From positions 192,001 through 256,000 of the forward strand of contig CAXXKJ010000001.1 in NCBI GenBank assembly GCA_963675295.2: a DNA stretch of 64,000 bases, written 5' to 3'. The notes under the pieces were generated by a model that saw nothing but the letters and a program-made list of their open reading frames with translations, made no database searches and had not been told where the DNA came from. Shown one piece after another: positions 39,680 through 50,349 of the stretch (its first letter is position 1; every line of letters starts with the position of its first letter). Position numbers and translations under genes: made by a program. This DNA comes from a bacterium (GTDB taxonomy: Bacteria; Electryoneota; Electryoneia; Electryoneales; Electryoneaceae).

Positions 39680-40012
39680 CTACATCACCACCCGCGCACG
39701 GTGCAGTCGGGTCAACGATAATGGCGTTCCCTGCACACGCAGATCATGTGTTTCACCGGCCAATGTGTGGAAACTGTCCCCAATCTGCTCCGGCTGAAAG
39801 AACGGGCCGAACTCCTGCTCCAGCAATAATTGCGCGCTGATCCGAACCATCGACCCGTGCACCCGTTCCGCCGACATGATCTGGAAGCCACGCACCTCCC
39901 GGTGCGCATGCAGCAGCCGCATCAGATGCGCCGTCGCGACCGGCACCGCCGAGCCGTCCAACGTCGTCTCGAAATCAAACTGCGCCTGCGTGTCGACATA
40001 CAACCGCGTCAT
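39680..40012 (-). CDS. Hypothetical 110-aa protein, paralog of 40193..40525
   Basis: GGAG before ATG 40012; aligns end to end with its neighbour. Confidence 0.7.
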   Translation of the reverse strand: MTRLYVDTQAQFDFETTLDGSAVPVATAHLMRLLHAHREVRGFQIMSAERVHGSMVRISAQLLLEQEFGPFFQPEQIGDSFHTLAGETHDLRVQGTPLSLTRLHRARVVM

Positions 40013-40192
40013 CGGGGGCTCCGAAGATGACAAGCACTCAGAGGACAACCGATCCCTTGCCAGGGGACATCTGAACAGGTTGCGGACGATTCCCGACGTG
40101 GGATACCGGATCGCTTGACAGTGGTTTCCTGGGGTGTCACGCTGTCACCTGTTCAGGTGTCCCCGTCACACAGGAGTATACACACAGGAAGG

Positions 40193-40525
40193 TCAGGAAA
40201 CGAGCCGTGTTCGATACAACCGAATCAACGGCGCGGGCACACCACGCACCGTCACATACTTCGCCGACCCGACCAGCGTCTCGAGTTGGGTACGAACGTG
40301 CGCCTTCTTCATCAACTCACGGTGCTCCGCCTCGTATCGCAGCTCGACATCCGCACGCAACTGACCACGCGCCAGCCGGCGCAACGACGTCACCTCATAC
40401 TCGCGCACGCCGGCAATGCCATGCACCAACCGCGTGAGATACCGCTGTACCGCCGGTTTCGCGGCGGCGTCCAACGGCGTGACAAAGTCAAAGCGCGCCA
40501 GATGTGTTTTCGATGACCAGGGCAT
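40193..40525 (-). CDS. Hypothetical 110-aa protein, paralog of 39680..40012
   Basis: GGAGG upstream; shared FDFxTxLD..A.P...L.RL.H..VR pattern. Confidence 0.7.
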   Translation of the reverse strand: MPWSSKTHLARFDFVTPLDAAAKPAVQRYLTRLVHGIAGVREYEVTSLRRLARGQLRADVELRYEAEHRELMKKAHVRTQLETLVGSAKYVTVRGVPAPLIRLYRTRLVS

Positions 40526-40690
40526 GATTCAACTGCCCTCCGGGCGTCACGGACCAATCAGGTACTGATTCCGTACACCCGTAAGATAACACATTGAACG
40601 GTTTGTTTGGAAATCCAAACAGTTGACGGGATAAATTGATGAGAGTGACGAGAGTCCATTGGGCAGGACAGAGAAAAGGTGTGAGCGACC

Positions 40691-40733
40691 TTCCTCACAC
40701 CTCATGTCTCACGTCTCGAATCTCAAGTCTCGT
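40691..40733 (-). repeat. Degenerate heptamer tandem array after the nadB stop
   Basis: cctcacacctcatgtctcacgtctcgaatctcaagtctcg. Confidence 0.6.
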
Positions 40734-40735
40734 TT

Positions 40736-42337
40736 CTAAATCACCGTATCCCGTGTCCCGAGGATCGGATCGTAGTCAGGGTAGTCGGTGGTGGTATGCA
40801 GGCCGCGCGACTCACGCCGTTGCCGGGCGCATTTCACGATCAGCCGTGCCACTTGCGCCAGGCTGCGCAGCTCGAGGATTTCCGGCGTGACCAGGGTTCG
40901 CCGCCAGTAGTCTTCAACTTCGACGGTGATCGTGGCCAGACGCCGCGCCGCACGTTGCAGACGCAGGTCCGAACGGATGATCCCGACGTAGTCTTCCATC
41001 AGTCCCTGAATTTCGTCGACGTCGTGCCGGATGAGAACGTATTCTTCATGATCATACGTGCCGGAGTCGTTCCAGACCGGCACCTCAGGCAGTTCTTCAC
41101 CTGCTGATTCGGCGAGGATCCGTTTCGCTTCCGTCGAGGCCTGAGCCGCGAAGACCACCGCCTCGAGCAACGAGTTGGACGCCAGCCGGTTCGCACCGTG
41201 CAGCCCGGTGCACGCCACCTCGCCGGCGACCAGGAGACGGTCGATCGTCGAATGCGCTTGAGTGTCGCTCAACACCCCGCCGCACTGATAATGCGCCGCC
41301 GGCACGACCGGGATCGGCTCACGCAGCATGTTGATGTTGTGCTCATCACGCAGGGTGGTGTAAATCGTCGGAAATTCCTTGCGCAGCTTGTCCGGATCGA
41401 GGTGCGTGCAGTCGAGCCAGACATGCTCGAGACCATGCGTCTTACGTTGCATGTCGATGGCACGCGCGACAATGTCACGGCTGGCCAGTTCCTTGCGTGG
41501 ATGCACCGCCTCCATGAACCGTTGGCCACGATCATTGAGCAGAATCCCGCCCGCACCGCGCAACGCTTCGGTAATCAGAAACGCCCGGCCCTTACGATCC
41601 TGCTCATACAGCGCCGTTGGGTGAAACTGCATGAACTCGAGGTTGGCGATCCGTGCCCCGGCACGCCACGCCATCGCGACGCCGTCACCAGTCGCGATCG
41701 GTGGGTTGGTCGTGTTCTTCCACACCATTCCCATACCGCCAGACGCTAACAGCACCAGCCGCGCGGGAATCGTGTGCACCTGCCGCAGCTCGAGGTCGTA
41801 GACATACGCGCCGTAACAGCGCTTGTTGCGGGGACGAGTGTTCTCGTTAATGTGACGGTCTGTGATCAGGTCGATGGCATGGGCGTTTTCCCACAGTTCG
41901 ACCTGCGGGTGCCGTTTCAACGAATCCAGCAGCGCCCGTTCCACCTCGAACCCGGTGCGATCCTCACGATGCACGATCCGGTGCTGGCTGTGGCCGCCCT
42001 CACGGCCGAGCGACAAACTGCCGCCTTCCTCGCTGAACTCCGCGCCCCAGTCCATCAGTCGGCGGATCTTGGCCGGACCCTCGTTCACCACCAGCCGCAC
42101 GATGTCTTCCTTGCACAGCCCGGCGCCGGCCTCGAGTGTATCCCGGACATGCGCCTCGATGCTGTCCTCGTCACTCATCACGGCGGCGATACCGCCCTGT
42201 GCATAGTTCGTCGCCGACTCAGCACGGTCTTTCTTCGTGACCACGATGACCTTGCCGTGTTCGGCAACTTCCAACGCAAATGTGAGCCCGGCAATTCCGG
42301 ACCCGATGACCAGCACATCCGCAGCTTCAGCCTTCAT
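40736..42337 (-). CDS. nadB: L-aspartate oxidase
   Basis: IGSGIAGL, TNYAQGGIAA, REGGHS, QFHPT, PAAHYQCGG, GLHGANRLASNSLLE, RESRGLH. Confidence 0.95.
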   Translation of the reverse strand: MKAEAADVLVIGSGIAGLTFALEVAEHGKVIVVTKKDRAESATNYAQGGIAAVMSDEDSIEAHVRDTLEAGAGLCKEDIVRLVVNEGPAKIRRLMDWGAEFSEEGGSLSLGREGGHSQHRIVHREDRTGFEVERALLDSLKRHPQVELWENAHAIDLITDRHINENTRPRNKRCYGAYVYDLELRQVHTIPARLVLLASGGMGMVWKNTTNPPIATGDGVAMAWRAGARIANLEFMQFHPTALYEQDRKGRAFLITEALRGAGGILLNDRGQRFMEAVHPRKELASRDIVARAIDMQRKTHGLEHVWLDCTHLDPDKLRKEFPTIYTTLRDEHNINMLREPIPVVPAAHYQCGGVLSDTQAHSTIDRLLVAGEVACTGLHGANRLASNSLLEAVVFAAQASTEAKRILAESAGEELPEVPVWNDSGTYDHEEYVLIRHDVDEIQGLMEDYVGIIRSDLRLQRAARRLATITVEVEDYWRRTLVTPEILELRSLAQVARLIVKCARQRRESRGLHTTTDYPDYDPILGTRDTVI

Positions 42338-42653
42338 CGGACAACACCTGCCATGGTGATGGAACAACGATCCTGTACCGCATCCCGGAACATACAACCG
42401 CAACGGCACATTTCGCTCACCCGGCTCGCCGGATTCCAGTCACCGGAACGTGTTCCGGTGATCCCTATCGGCGACGCAAGGTTGGACGTTCTGCCCCCGG
42501 GTTGCCAAATCAAATCATAAACCGGTTGCATGTTTGCCAGCAACAGCCCTACACTAACTCTGTCCCTGCACAGCTTTCCACACGGCTTTCCAATCGCTGC
42601 TTATTCCGGTAGTTCCAAGGGTCTGGATGGGTTACGCCGGAAGGGGGGACGCG

Positions 42654-42920
42654 ATGAAACTCCACGCTGTCACGTTCGGTCTCGCTGCCGGAATTCTCTG
42701 GGGTGCGGCAATCTTTTTCGGCACCCTGTGGTTGCTCATCACCGGATCCGGCGGACACACCTGGCACCTGCTCAGCAACTTCTACCTCGGGTTCAGTTTC
42801 AGCTACCCTGGCGCGTTCATTGGCCTCATCTGGGGCTTCGTGGACGGCTTCGTTGGTGGCTGGTTGCTGGCGACACTGTACAACCTGCTTGCAAGGAGAA
42901 AAGTAGCGCCTGCAACCTGA
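42654..42920 (+). CDS. Small membrane protein (holin-like family)
   Basis: 88 aa; GILWG..., FYLGFSFSYPGAFIGLIWGFVDGFVGGWLLATLYN; two hydrophobic segments; GGGGGG RBS. Confidence 0.65.
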   Translation: MKLHAVTFGLAAGILWGAAIFFGTLWLLITGSGGHTWHLLSNFYLGFSFSYPGAFIGLIWGFVDGFVGGWLLATLYNLLARRKVAPAT

Positions 42921-43053
42921 CCTTCGGTTGCGGTCGCACGATATCCCCCCGGATGCGGACAGGAGTGGCTACCCCCCGGATTTGACCACCACGGGATTCC
43001 AATGCTCCACGTACTTTACCCGTGAAACTGCACTGAGCTTCTGTCCGCATCAT

Positions 43054-43155
43054 CGTTCATGCCCGGACGCTCACTGTCCGTCTACGGACACAAATGCGCA
43101 GCTATCCAAGCTTTCCGCCTACTTTTCCGCCATTTCGTTCTGGACCGGAGTTTGC
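43054..43155 (+). promoter_or_regulatory. Candidate sigma54 promoter with upstream activator sites
   Basis: TGGaccGgagtTTGC at 43141-43155 has -24/-12 spacing; palindrome tgtccg-N4-cggaca at 43075-43090 and a degenerate copy at 43054-43069. Confidence 0.55.
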
Positions 43156-43208
43156 CTCTACGCTATGCAACGAAACTCTTCTTCTCCGTTTACGGGTAGA
43201 GGGATCCC

Positions 43209-45614
43209 ATGGCCGGCATCGACTTCCGTCTCGCTCTGCGTGTTCTGTCCAAGAATAAGCTGTTCACCGTTATCAACCTGCTGAGCCTCGCGCTTGGGAT
43301 GTCATTCGCGGTGCTCATCCTCGGCTACATCCTGCACGAATTCAGCTATGAGACCGTGCACGCGAACCGTGACCGGATTGTCAGGGTCGAGGGATCGGTC
43401 ACCGACGAACATGGCACCCGCAGGTATGCCCGCGTCCCGCAGATCATCGGCCCAACCGCCGCTGAAGCTCTACCGGAGGTGGAACGCGCGGCCGAAGTGC
43501 GCTACCAGTACGAGACGGACGTCCGCATCGGCAAGCGGGAATTCAGCGCCGGGCCGACCATCTTCGCAACCACGGACTATCTGGACGTTTTCACCTTCCC
43601 GCTGACTCACGGCGACCCGTCCTCCGCGCTGAATGAACCATACCGCGTGTTGATTACCGAGGATGCTGTCGACGAATACTACGCCGGATCCAACCCGATG
43701 GGCGAGGAGATCCTGCTCGCCGACACACTGCACTGCCAGATCGCCGGTATTCTCAAGTCGATACCGTCAAACACGCAGCTGAAGTGCGATTTCATCGTTT
43801 CATATTCCACATTGACCGCCGGGAAGAATGAATTCACGGACTGGACCACGTTCGACAATGATTTCGTCTTCCTGTTGTTGCATGACGACACCACATTGCC
43901 GGAGCTGGAGGTAAAGCTCAACGAGCTGTTCGCGGCCAATCTGCCGGAATCCGATCCGAACGACTACGCGCTGTGGGTCAAGCCGCTGAAGAAGATCTAC
44001 TTCAGTGCCTACTATGATGGCACGCAGGGCGACATCTACCCGGCCGGCGAATGGGACATGATTTATTTCATGGGCGGGTTTGCGTTCTTCATCCTGGTCC
44101 AGGCGATCCTGAATTACGTCAACCTGTCCACGGCACGGACCAGCCATCGCACCAAGGAAGTCAGCGTGCGCAAGATGTTCGGTGCCTTCCGTTCGCGGCT
44201 TGTGGTGCAGTTCTTTGCCGAATCACTGCTGCTGGTGCTGGTGGCGCTGGTTGTCAGCATGGGGTGCTACGAGCTCTTCAGTCCGGCGTTTCACAAGTTC
44301 GCCGAATATCGCGCGATGACTCTCGACCTGTTCGGCAGCAAGACGATGATCCTCGCGCTGTTCACGTTCTGGATCGTCGTCGCTGCCGCCGCCGGAGTGT
44401 ATCCCGCGTTGTATATCACGCGCACCAGGCCGATCAACCTGCTGGCTGCCCATTCACGGATCAAAACCAGCAAGTCGTGGTTCCGGCGCATCATGGTTGT
44501 CTTCCAGTTCACCATCGCGCTGATCTTCATCACGTCGTCGATCATCATGTACCGGCAGTTCACCTTCCTGCGACACATCGACCGCAACTTCCGCACCGAC
44601 AACATGCTGGTGCTGAACCTCAATGAGGACGAAATCGCTGACGCCGCGGGCAAAATGGAAATCCTCAAACGCGAACTGCAGCAAAGCGATCCAGCCCTGA
44701 TTCTGACCCGTAGTTCGACTCCGCCCGGCGCGCCATCCAGCACGTTCTACGGACTCTTCCCCAACGAAGACCGGCAGGAGGATGACATGCTCATCTTCCA
44801 GCGTTTCGCTGGAGATCTGGATTTCCTGCGCACACTTGACTTGCGTCTCGTCTCAGGCAAAACGCTGGATGAGGTTGATCCGGAACAACGGGACAACGCC
44901 ATTCTGGTTACGCAATCCGTTGTCGACAAACTGGAGCTGGAGAATCCGATCGGGCACCGTTTCTTCGGACGCGGGGACAAGACCTACGAAATCGCCGGAG
45001 TGGTTGAATCATTCAACAGTGCATTTCAGTCGTGGCGCAATTCCGACCACATCATGATCACCACGCCGACCGAGCGATCCTCGTGGATCACGATTCAGAT
45101 CCCGGAGGATCACGTGCAGGAAACCCTCGCCCTCGCTGCAGAGACGTGGGACAGCGTCATACCCGGAACGCCGTTCGCTTACCATTTCCTCGACGATCTG
45201 AGCATGTCAGAGTTACAGAGCGACATGGGCATCATGAAGCTGCTGTTCATTCTCTCGGCGATCACCATCATCATTGCCTGCCTCGGGGTGTATGGACTGG
45301 TATCCTTTGCCGCCGAACAACGAACTCGTGAGATCGGTATCCGCAAGGTGCTGGGCGCATCGGTGGGATCGGTAGTGTCGTTGCTGGCGAAAGAGTTCAT
45401 CATCCTGATCCTCATCGCCAACGCGATCGCGCTACCGCTATCCAGGTTGATGATGAATGGCTATCTCAAGGGATTTGACTTCCGTGTGCCGGTAGGCATT
45501 GAAACCTTCTTGATGGCCGGATTGATCATGATCCTGCTGGCAGTCAACGCAGCAGGCTGGCAGGCGTGGAAAGCAGCAAAGGTGAAGCCGGTGGTGTCGA
45601 TGCGGCACCTGTAG
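43209..45614 (+). CDS. ABC transporter permease (duplicated MacB/FtsX type)
   Basis: INLLSLALGM, NYVNLSTAR..RTKEVSVRKMFGA, VVFQFTI, QRTREIGIRKVLGAS. Confidence 0.92.
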   Translation: MAGIDFRLALRVLSKNKLFTVINLLSLALGMSFAVLILGYILHEFSYETVHANRDRIVRVEGSVTDEHGTRRYARVPQIIGPTAAEALPEVERAAEVRYQYETDVRIGKREFSAGPTIFATTDYLDVFTFPLTHGDPSSALNEPYRVLITEDAVDEYYAGSNPMGEEILLADTLHCQIAGILKSIPSNTQLKCDFIVSYSTLTAGKNEFTDWTTFDNDFVFLLLHDDTTLPELEVKLNELFAANLPESDPNDYALWVKPLKKIYFSAYYDGTQGDIYPAGEWDMIYFMGGFAFFILVQAILNYVNLSTARTSHRTKEVSVRKMFGAFRSRLVVQFFAESLLLVLVALVVSMGCYELFSPAFHKFAEYRAMTLDLFGSKTMILALFTFWIVVAAAAGVYPALYITRTRPINLLAAHSRIKTSKSWFRRIMVVFQFTIALIFITSSIIMYRQFTFLRHIDRNFRTDNMLVLNLNEDEIADAAGKMEILKRELQQSDPALILTRSSTPPGAPSSTFYGLFPNEDRQEDDMLIFQRFAGDLDFLRTLDLRLVSGKTLDEVDPEQRDNAILVTQSVVDKLELENPIGHRFFGRGDKTYEIAGVVESFNSAFQSWRNSDHIMITTPTERSSWITIQIPEDHVQETLALAAETWDSVIPGTPFAYHFLDDLSMSELQSDMGIMKLLFILSAITIIIACLGVYGLVSFAAEQRTREIGIRKVLGASVGSVVSLLAKEFIILILIANAIALPLSRLMMNGYLKGFDFRVPVGIETFLMAGLIMILLAVNAAGWQAWKAAKVKPVVSMRHL

Positions 45615-45620
45615 GGCGCG

Positions 45621-46703
45621 CTATTCGGTATCCACCCACGCCGGATAGTCGGTGTATCCTTCCGGGCCAGGAGTGAAATATGTTGACGGATCTGACTCGG
45701 CCAAGGGATGATCGTGACGCAGCCGCTCGACCAAGTCCGGGTTTGAGATAAACGGACGCCCGAATCCGATCGCACGGGCGTGGGTCGTGTGCAACGCGTC
45801 CGCCGCCGTGTCGCTGTCATAGCCGCCAGTCAGGATCAACGGCGCGGTGACCAATTCATACAGCGGCGACGGATCCCATCCCTCGGGATCCGGCTGAATG
45901 TGAACCCACGCCAGCTTCTCCTGCGGCAACGCCTGCAGCAGCACCGTGTATGTTTCTAACGGATTGTCGTCCGGAATCGCGGTGGGATTTCCTCCCGGTG
46001 AAATCCGAATGCCGATCCGTCCCGCACCAGCCGCTTCAATCATCGCGGACACGGTTTCCAGCACAAACCGGCAACGGTTCCGAGCTGAACCGCCGTAGTC
46101 GTCCGTGCGACGGTTCGTCCCCGACGACAGGAATTGGTGGCTGAGGTAGCCGTTCGCGCAATGCAATTCGACGGCGTCAAACCCAGCCGACAGTGCGTTG
46201 ATCGCCGCCTTTCGGTGTTGATCGGTGAGGTCGTGGATCTCGTCAACCGTTGCGGCGCGCGGAACCGGTTTCGGCTGACGGCCGTCTGTGTCGGTCATGA
46301 TATGGCCAGGCGCGGCGATGGCTGACGGTGCCACATGCCCAACCGGCTTGTACTGGTTCGCGGGATGGCCAACCCGGCCGACGTGCATCAACTGCACCGC
46401 GATCTTTCCGCCAGCCTGATGGACTGCACCCGTGATGGTCGCCCATGCTCGCACCTGCTCCGGCGTGTGAATGCCCGGCGTACGCGGATAGCCCTGCCCC
46501 TGCCAGCTCGGCTGCATGCCCTCAGTCAGAATCAATCCCGCGGACGCTCGCTGCACATAATACTCCGCCGCCAACGGGGACGGGACACCGTCAGGGGTCG
46601 CCCGGCAACGCATCATCGGCGCCATCACAATCCGGTTGGCCAGCTCGACCTTACCCAGAGTTGTCGGTGTAAACAGGATTAACCGATCCACACTCACCCG
46701 CAT
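45621..46703 (-). CDS. Alkene reductase (old yellow enzyme/NemA family)
   Basis: NRIVMAPM, YYVQRASAGLI, ELHCANGYL, NRRTDDYGGS, FGRPFISNPDL, GYTDYP. Confidence 0.92.
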   Translation of the reverse strand: MRVSVDRLILFTPTTLGKVELANRIVMAPMMRCRATPDGVPSPLAAEYYVQRASAGLILTEGMQPSWQGQGYPRTPGIHTPEQVRAWATITGAVHQAGGKIAVQLMHVGRVGHPANQYKPVGHVAPSAIAAPGHIMTDTDGRQPKPVPRAATVDEIHDLTDQHRKAAINALSAGFDAVELHCANGYLSHQFLSSGTNRRTDDYGGSARNRCRFVLETVSAMIEAAGAGRIGIRISPGGNPTAIPDDNPLETYTVLLQALPQEKLAWVHIQPDPEGWDPSPLYELVTAPLILTGGYDSDTAADALHTTHARAIGFGRPFISNPDLVERLRHDHPLAESDPSTYFTPGPEGYTDYPAWVDTE

Positions 46704-46719
46704 CACTCCCTTCAGTTGC

Positions 46720-49005
46720 TCACTTGATCAACGTGATTGTCCGCGAAGCCGTGTCCCATGATGGCGACTCGGCGCGCAGGAAATACGTACCCGACGCCAA
46801 TCCCGCACCATCCAGCACGAGCTCAAGCGGGCCCGGCCCGGAGGAACCGTGATATAATGTACTCACCGGCTGGCCGAGCACGTTGTACAGCGTCACCGTC
46901 ACCAGGCTTCGCTGCGGCACACCAACCTTGATCCGGCTGGCGGCATTGAAAGGATTCGGGTAGGTTTGCAGCAGCAGGCCGTGCGCATCTGGCAGTCCCG
47001 CGGACACGATTTCCGTCCCCGAGGTGGTGGTGTTGTAAACATGCACGCCGTACCAGTCTGAGATGAGCAGATGTTCGCCGTAGCTGCCCGCCGATTGACC
47101 GGACCCGTCCAGCGGAATCTGTTCCAACACGATCACATTTTCCGGATCGCTGATATCAGCGAGGATCACGGCGGATTCCATCGTCACCCACAACGAATCT
47201 CCGGACACCTCCAGATCGACCGCGGTCCCGGGCAGGGTGTACGAGGCGAGGAGGACCGGCACAATCGGTTGCGTCACGTCGATCACATGCAATCCGGCCT
47301 GTTCGTCGCAAGCGTATGTGATCGTCCCCGCCAGCTCGACGTCAAGCAGCTGCGCCGGGGTTTCCAGCGTCGCGACGTGGGACGGTGCCTGTGGAGTTTC
47401 CACTAATACTACCCACATCCCGTCCTCGCAGGCGAGGAAGGCGTAGTTGCCACGCACCGCCAACGCTTCGGTGTACGCCTCAGTCAGCAACGACGACAAC
47501 AGGATCGGCGCGGAGGGGTCGGACACGTCGTACAGCTCAATCCAGCCCGGCGGCATCGGGTTGACGCCCCACGCGCTGACCACCACCAGGTTGCCGTCCT
47601 TTGCCAGCCCGGTGTAGTGGTTGTTGTTGGTGACCACTTCCGAGATCAGCAGCGGATCGTCCGGCATGGTTACATCCACCACCGCCAACGGCAATCCCGC
47701 GCCGTTGACGTAGACATAATCTCCGCTGACCAACAGTTGCCGGGCTGCGAAATTGAGCTCGGAAAACGTCACGTTGCCCAGCACCTGCGGCTCGGCCGGA
47801 TCGCTGAGGTCGATGGTGTACAGCCCGTCGCCCTCGCTACCCACGTATGCCACATCGCCGGACGCCGCCACGTGGTTCACATAGTCCGGTGTGTCGTATT
47901 CTCCGGCGACTTGCGGATCGCCGGGATCCGACACATCCAGCACCCACAGGTTGTTGAAGGTATACCAGTCCTGACGGTCAGGCATGATGGTGAACGCCAG
48001 CCCGTCACCAGCCGCGACACGAGTCTGCCACGTTCCGGTGGCGGGAGGATACGGCACCCCTTCGCCAGTCTGGCTCAGTTGCGCCGGGGAGGAGGGGTCG
48101 CTGATGTCGTAAACCACCAGCCCGGTCTGGCCGGCCGTATAGAACAGCGCGTCGCCGTCCACGGTCAGACACACATTCGGCGGACCGTCCGCTCCGAACA
48201 CATTCCGCTGCGCGAGCAGTTCGATCGCCTGCGGGTCGGACACATCAACCACCGCGATCCCGCCGGAATTGATCATATTCGAATGCTTCCCGGCGAAGAC
48301 CGTCGTGCCAACCGAGGTTACCTCGTGAAACGACGTCTGGTTGATCTGCAATGCGTCCAGCTCGCTGATCGACTGCGGGTCGGAGGCGTCGTACAGACGC
48401 AGGCGCGATCCGTCCGCAATGGCGATGATGTCATTATCCGTCACCGCTCCAGCGTAGCAGCCGGACGTTGAGATCGGGGTTTGCGATACAAGCGCGGGGT
48501 CCCACGGATCGGTCACATCGAGAATGGTCAGCTCCAGCAATGGGCCGAAGACATACAGCAGGTCGCCGCTGAACACGAGGTCGTTGATCTGCTCATCCGT
48601 TGCGAAAACGCTGATCCGGTTCAGCGAATCCGGCTGGCTGAGCTCGTACAGCACCAAGCCCGTTCCATGCACCGCCGCAGCCAGCAGGTCGCCACCCTCA
48701 TGCAGCACCAACCGGTACACCTTGTCGCCGGGGAAGCTGTCTGATGCCACCACTTGGGGGTCGGATGGGTCCGAGACATCCAGCACCTTAAGATTCCCGG
48801 AATGCGACTGCTGCCCATCCGCGAGGTACAGGTAGCCGTTTGCGTAGACGAGATCGTAGAAATCGCCCGGGAACAGGACAGAGCCGAGGTAGTCGGTCTC
48901 GGCAACACCGGGAGGGGCGACAAGACCACGACTCATAACGGGAAGGGGTGCGAGGGCAAGCAGAACACTCAGACTCAACAGGAGTTCGATACGGGTGCGC
49001 TTCAT
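46720..49005 (-). CDS. LVIVD repeat protein with divergent CTD
   Basis: Repeated xDVSDPxxP units; GGAGG before ATG 49005; C-terminus TYPNPFNAAS...LASGTYFLRA...TLIK. Confidence 0.85.
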   Translation of the reverse strand: MKRTRIELLLSLSVLLALAPLPVMSRGLVAPPGVAETDYLGSVLFPGDFYDLVYANGYLYLADGQQSHSGNLKVLDVSDPSDPQVVASDSFPGDKVYRLVLHEGGDLLAAAVHGTGLVLYELSQPDSLNRISVFATDEQINDLVFSGDLLYVFGPLLELTILDVTDPWDPALVSQTPISTSGCYAGAVTDNDIIAIADGSRLRLYDASDPQSISELDALQINQTSFHEVTSVGTTVFAGKHSNMINSGGIAVVDVSDPQAIELLAQRNVFGADGPPNVCLTVDGDALFYTAGQTGLVVYDISDPSSPAQLSQTGEGVPYPPATGTWQTRVAAGDGLAFTIMPDRQDWYTFNNLWVLDVSDPGDPQVAGEYDTPDYVNHVAASGDVAYVGSEGDGLYTIDLSDPAEPQVLGNVTFSELNFAARQLLVSGDYVYVNGAGLPLAVVDVTMPDDPLLISEVVTNNNHYTGLAKDGNLVVVSAWGVNPMPPGWIELYDVSDPSAPILLSSLLTEAYTEALAVRGNYAFLACEDGMWVVLVETPQAPSHVATLETPAQLLDVELAGTITYACDEQAGLHVIDVTQPIVPVLLASYTLPGTAVDLEVSGDSLWVTMESAVILADISDPENVIVLEQIPLDGSGQSAGSYGEHLLISDWYGVHVYNTTTSGTEIVSAGLPDAHGLLLQTYPNPFNAASRIKVGVPQRSLVTVTLYNVLGQPVSTLYHGSSGPGPLELVLDGAGLASGTYFLRAESPSWDTASRTITLIK

Positions 49006-49134
49006 CGTGCCTCCATGACTCAATCCAGCTTGCTTGAGTATATGAAAAAGTCTGCCACGGATCACCTCTTTCGTGGCAGACATGCGGTCAACACTCGTAT
49101 CACTGTCGCGGGGTTATTGAGTCACCCCCCGGCA

Positions 49135-50349
49135 CTACCCCGGCAGCACCATCCGGATCGTTGTGCCTTCGCCGGGGCGGGACTGCAGCACGAACAGCTT
49201 GCCACGATGAATTTCCTCAACGATTCGGCGCCCGAGGCTCAACCCCAGCCCCCAGCCGCGTTTCTTCGTGGTGTAGCCGGGACGGAAAATCGCATCCATG
49301 TCCTTCTTCGCGATGCCAACTCCCTCGTCCATTACATCAACATACGCGCCGTTCTCATTGCGTCCGCTGACGATGGTGATCCGGCCCTCGCCCTTCATCG
49401 CCTGGGACGCATTCCGCATCAGATTTTCCAGCACCCAGCCGATCAGCTCTTCCTGCATCGCGACTTCGCCGGCGTTCCGGTCTTCGTACGTGATCGCAAC
49501 ACGCGACCCGACGCGTGTCTGCATGTAATCCACCGCACCCTTGACCACCTCGCTCAACTGGTGCGGCTTCAACGTTTCCACCGCGCCGATCTTCGAGAAC
49601 CGGACCGCGATTTTTTCCAGCCGGCGCACATCCTGCCGCATTGCGTCGACAACCTCCGGTCGGCCCGACGAGCCCAGCACCTCGAGCCAGCCCATCAACG
49701 AACTGATCGGTGTGCCCAGCTGATGCGCGGTTTCACGCGCCATCCCGACCCACACCGACCGTTCCTCCGCCTTGCGAATGGTACGGAAGCCGATGTACCC
49801 GAGGAAGATGTACAACGCCACCGCCAGCGCCGTCGCGATCGACACAAAGCGTAGTGTCCGCACCAGGGAGGGGTCACCGTAATGGAAATAATCCACCTGT
49901 CCGGGGAAAACCTCCACCGCCAACGGTTCGTTGCCCTGCCTGCGTACATCGCGGATAAACTTCAGCAGCTTGTCCTGCGCCTCGGCAGAGGTGTCGCCCG
50001 GTTCGACGGACAAATTGCGCCACGATTTCGGCGTGCCGTCGGCGTCGGTCACCACGATCGGAAACTCAATCGCCTGTACCGCTTCGTACGCCAGCTCGGC
50101 GTTGTCGTTGAGCAGCAGCAAGCGATAACTGTCCACCGTGCGCTGCAGATTCGTTAACGCGCTCTCCCGCACCTGCCGCACCAGCAGGCTGGTCCCGATG
50201 AACAGCCCGGCAGTCATCACCACCGCGCCGACGAAGAGAAAACCCTTGAACATGCCCGCGCGACGCAAACGGCCGGTCACAGCCGTCGAACCGGCCATGT
50301 CCCTGGACGCCGGCTTGCGTGGTTCAGGTGAGGAGGTTGGATTCGCCAT
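49135..50349 (-). CDS. Membrane sensor histidine kinase
   Basis: Two TMs; H-box VGMARETAHQLGTP; ENLMRNA, DEGVGI, GYTTKKRGWGLGL; start uncertain. Confidence 0.9.
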   Translation of the reverse strand: MANPTSSPEPRKPASRDMAGSTAVTGRLRRAGMFKGFLFVGAVVMTAGLFIGTSLLVRQVRESALTNLQRTVDSYRLLLLNDNAELAYEAVQAIEFPIVVTDADGTPKSWRNLSVEPGDTSAEAQDKLLKFIRDVRRQGNEPLAVEVFPGQVDYFHYGDPSLVRTLRFVSIATALAVALYIFLGYIGFRTIRKAEERSVWVGMARETAHQLGTPISSLMGWLEVLGSSGRPEVVDAMRQDVRRLEKIAVRFSKIGAVETLKPHQLSEVVKGAVDYMQTRVGSRVAITYEDRNAGEVAMQEELIGWVLENLMRNASQAMKGEGRITIVSGRNENGAYVDVMDEGVGIAKKDMDAIFRPGYTTKKRGWGLGLSLGRRIVEEIHRGKLFVLQSRPGEGTTIRMVLPG

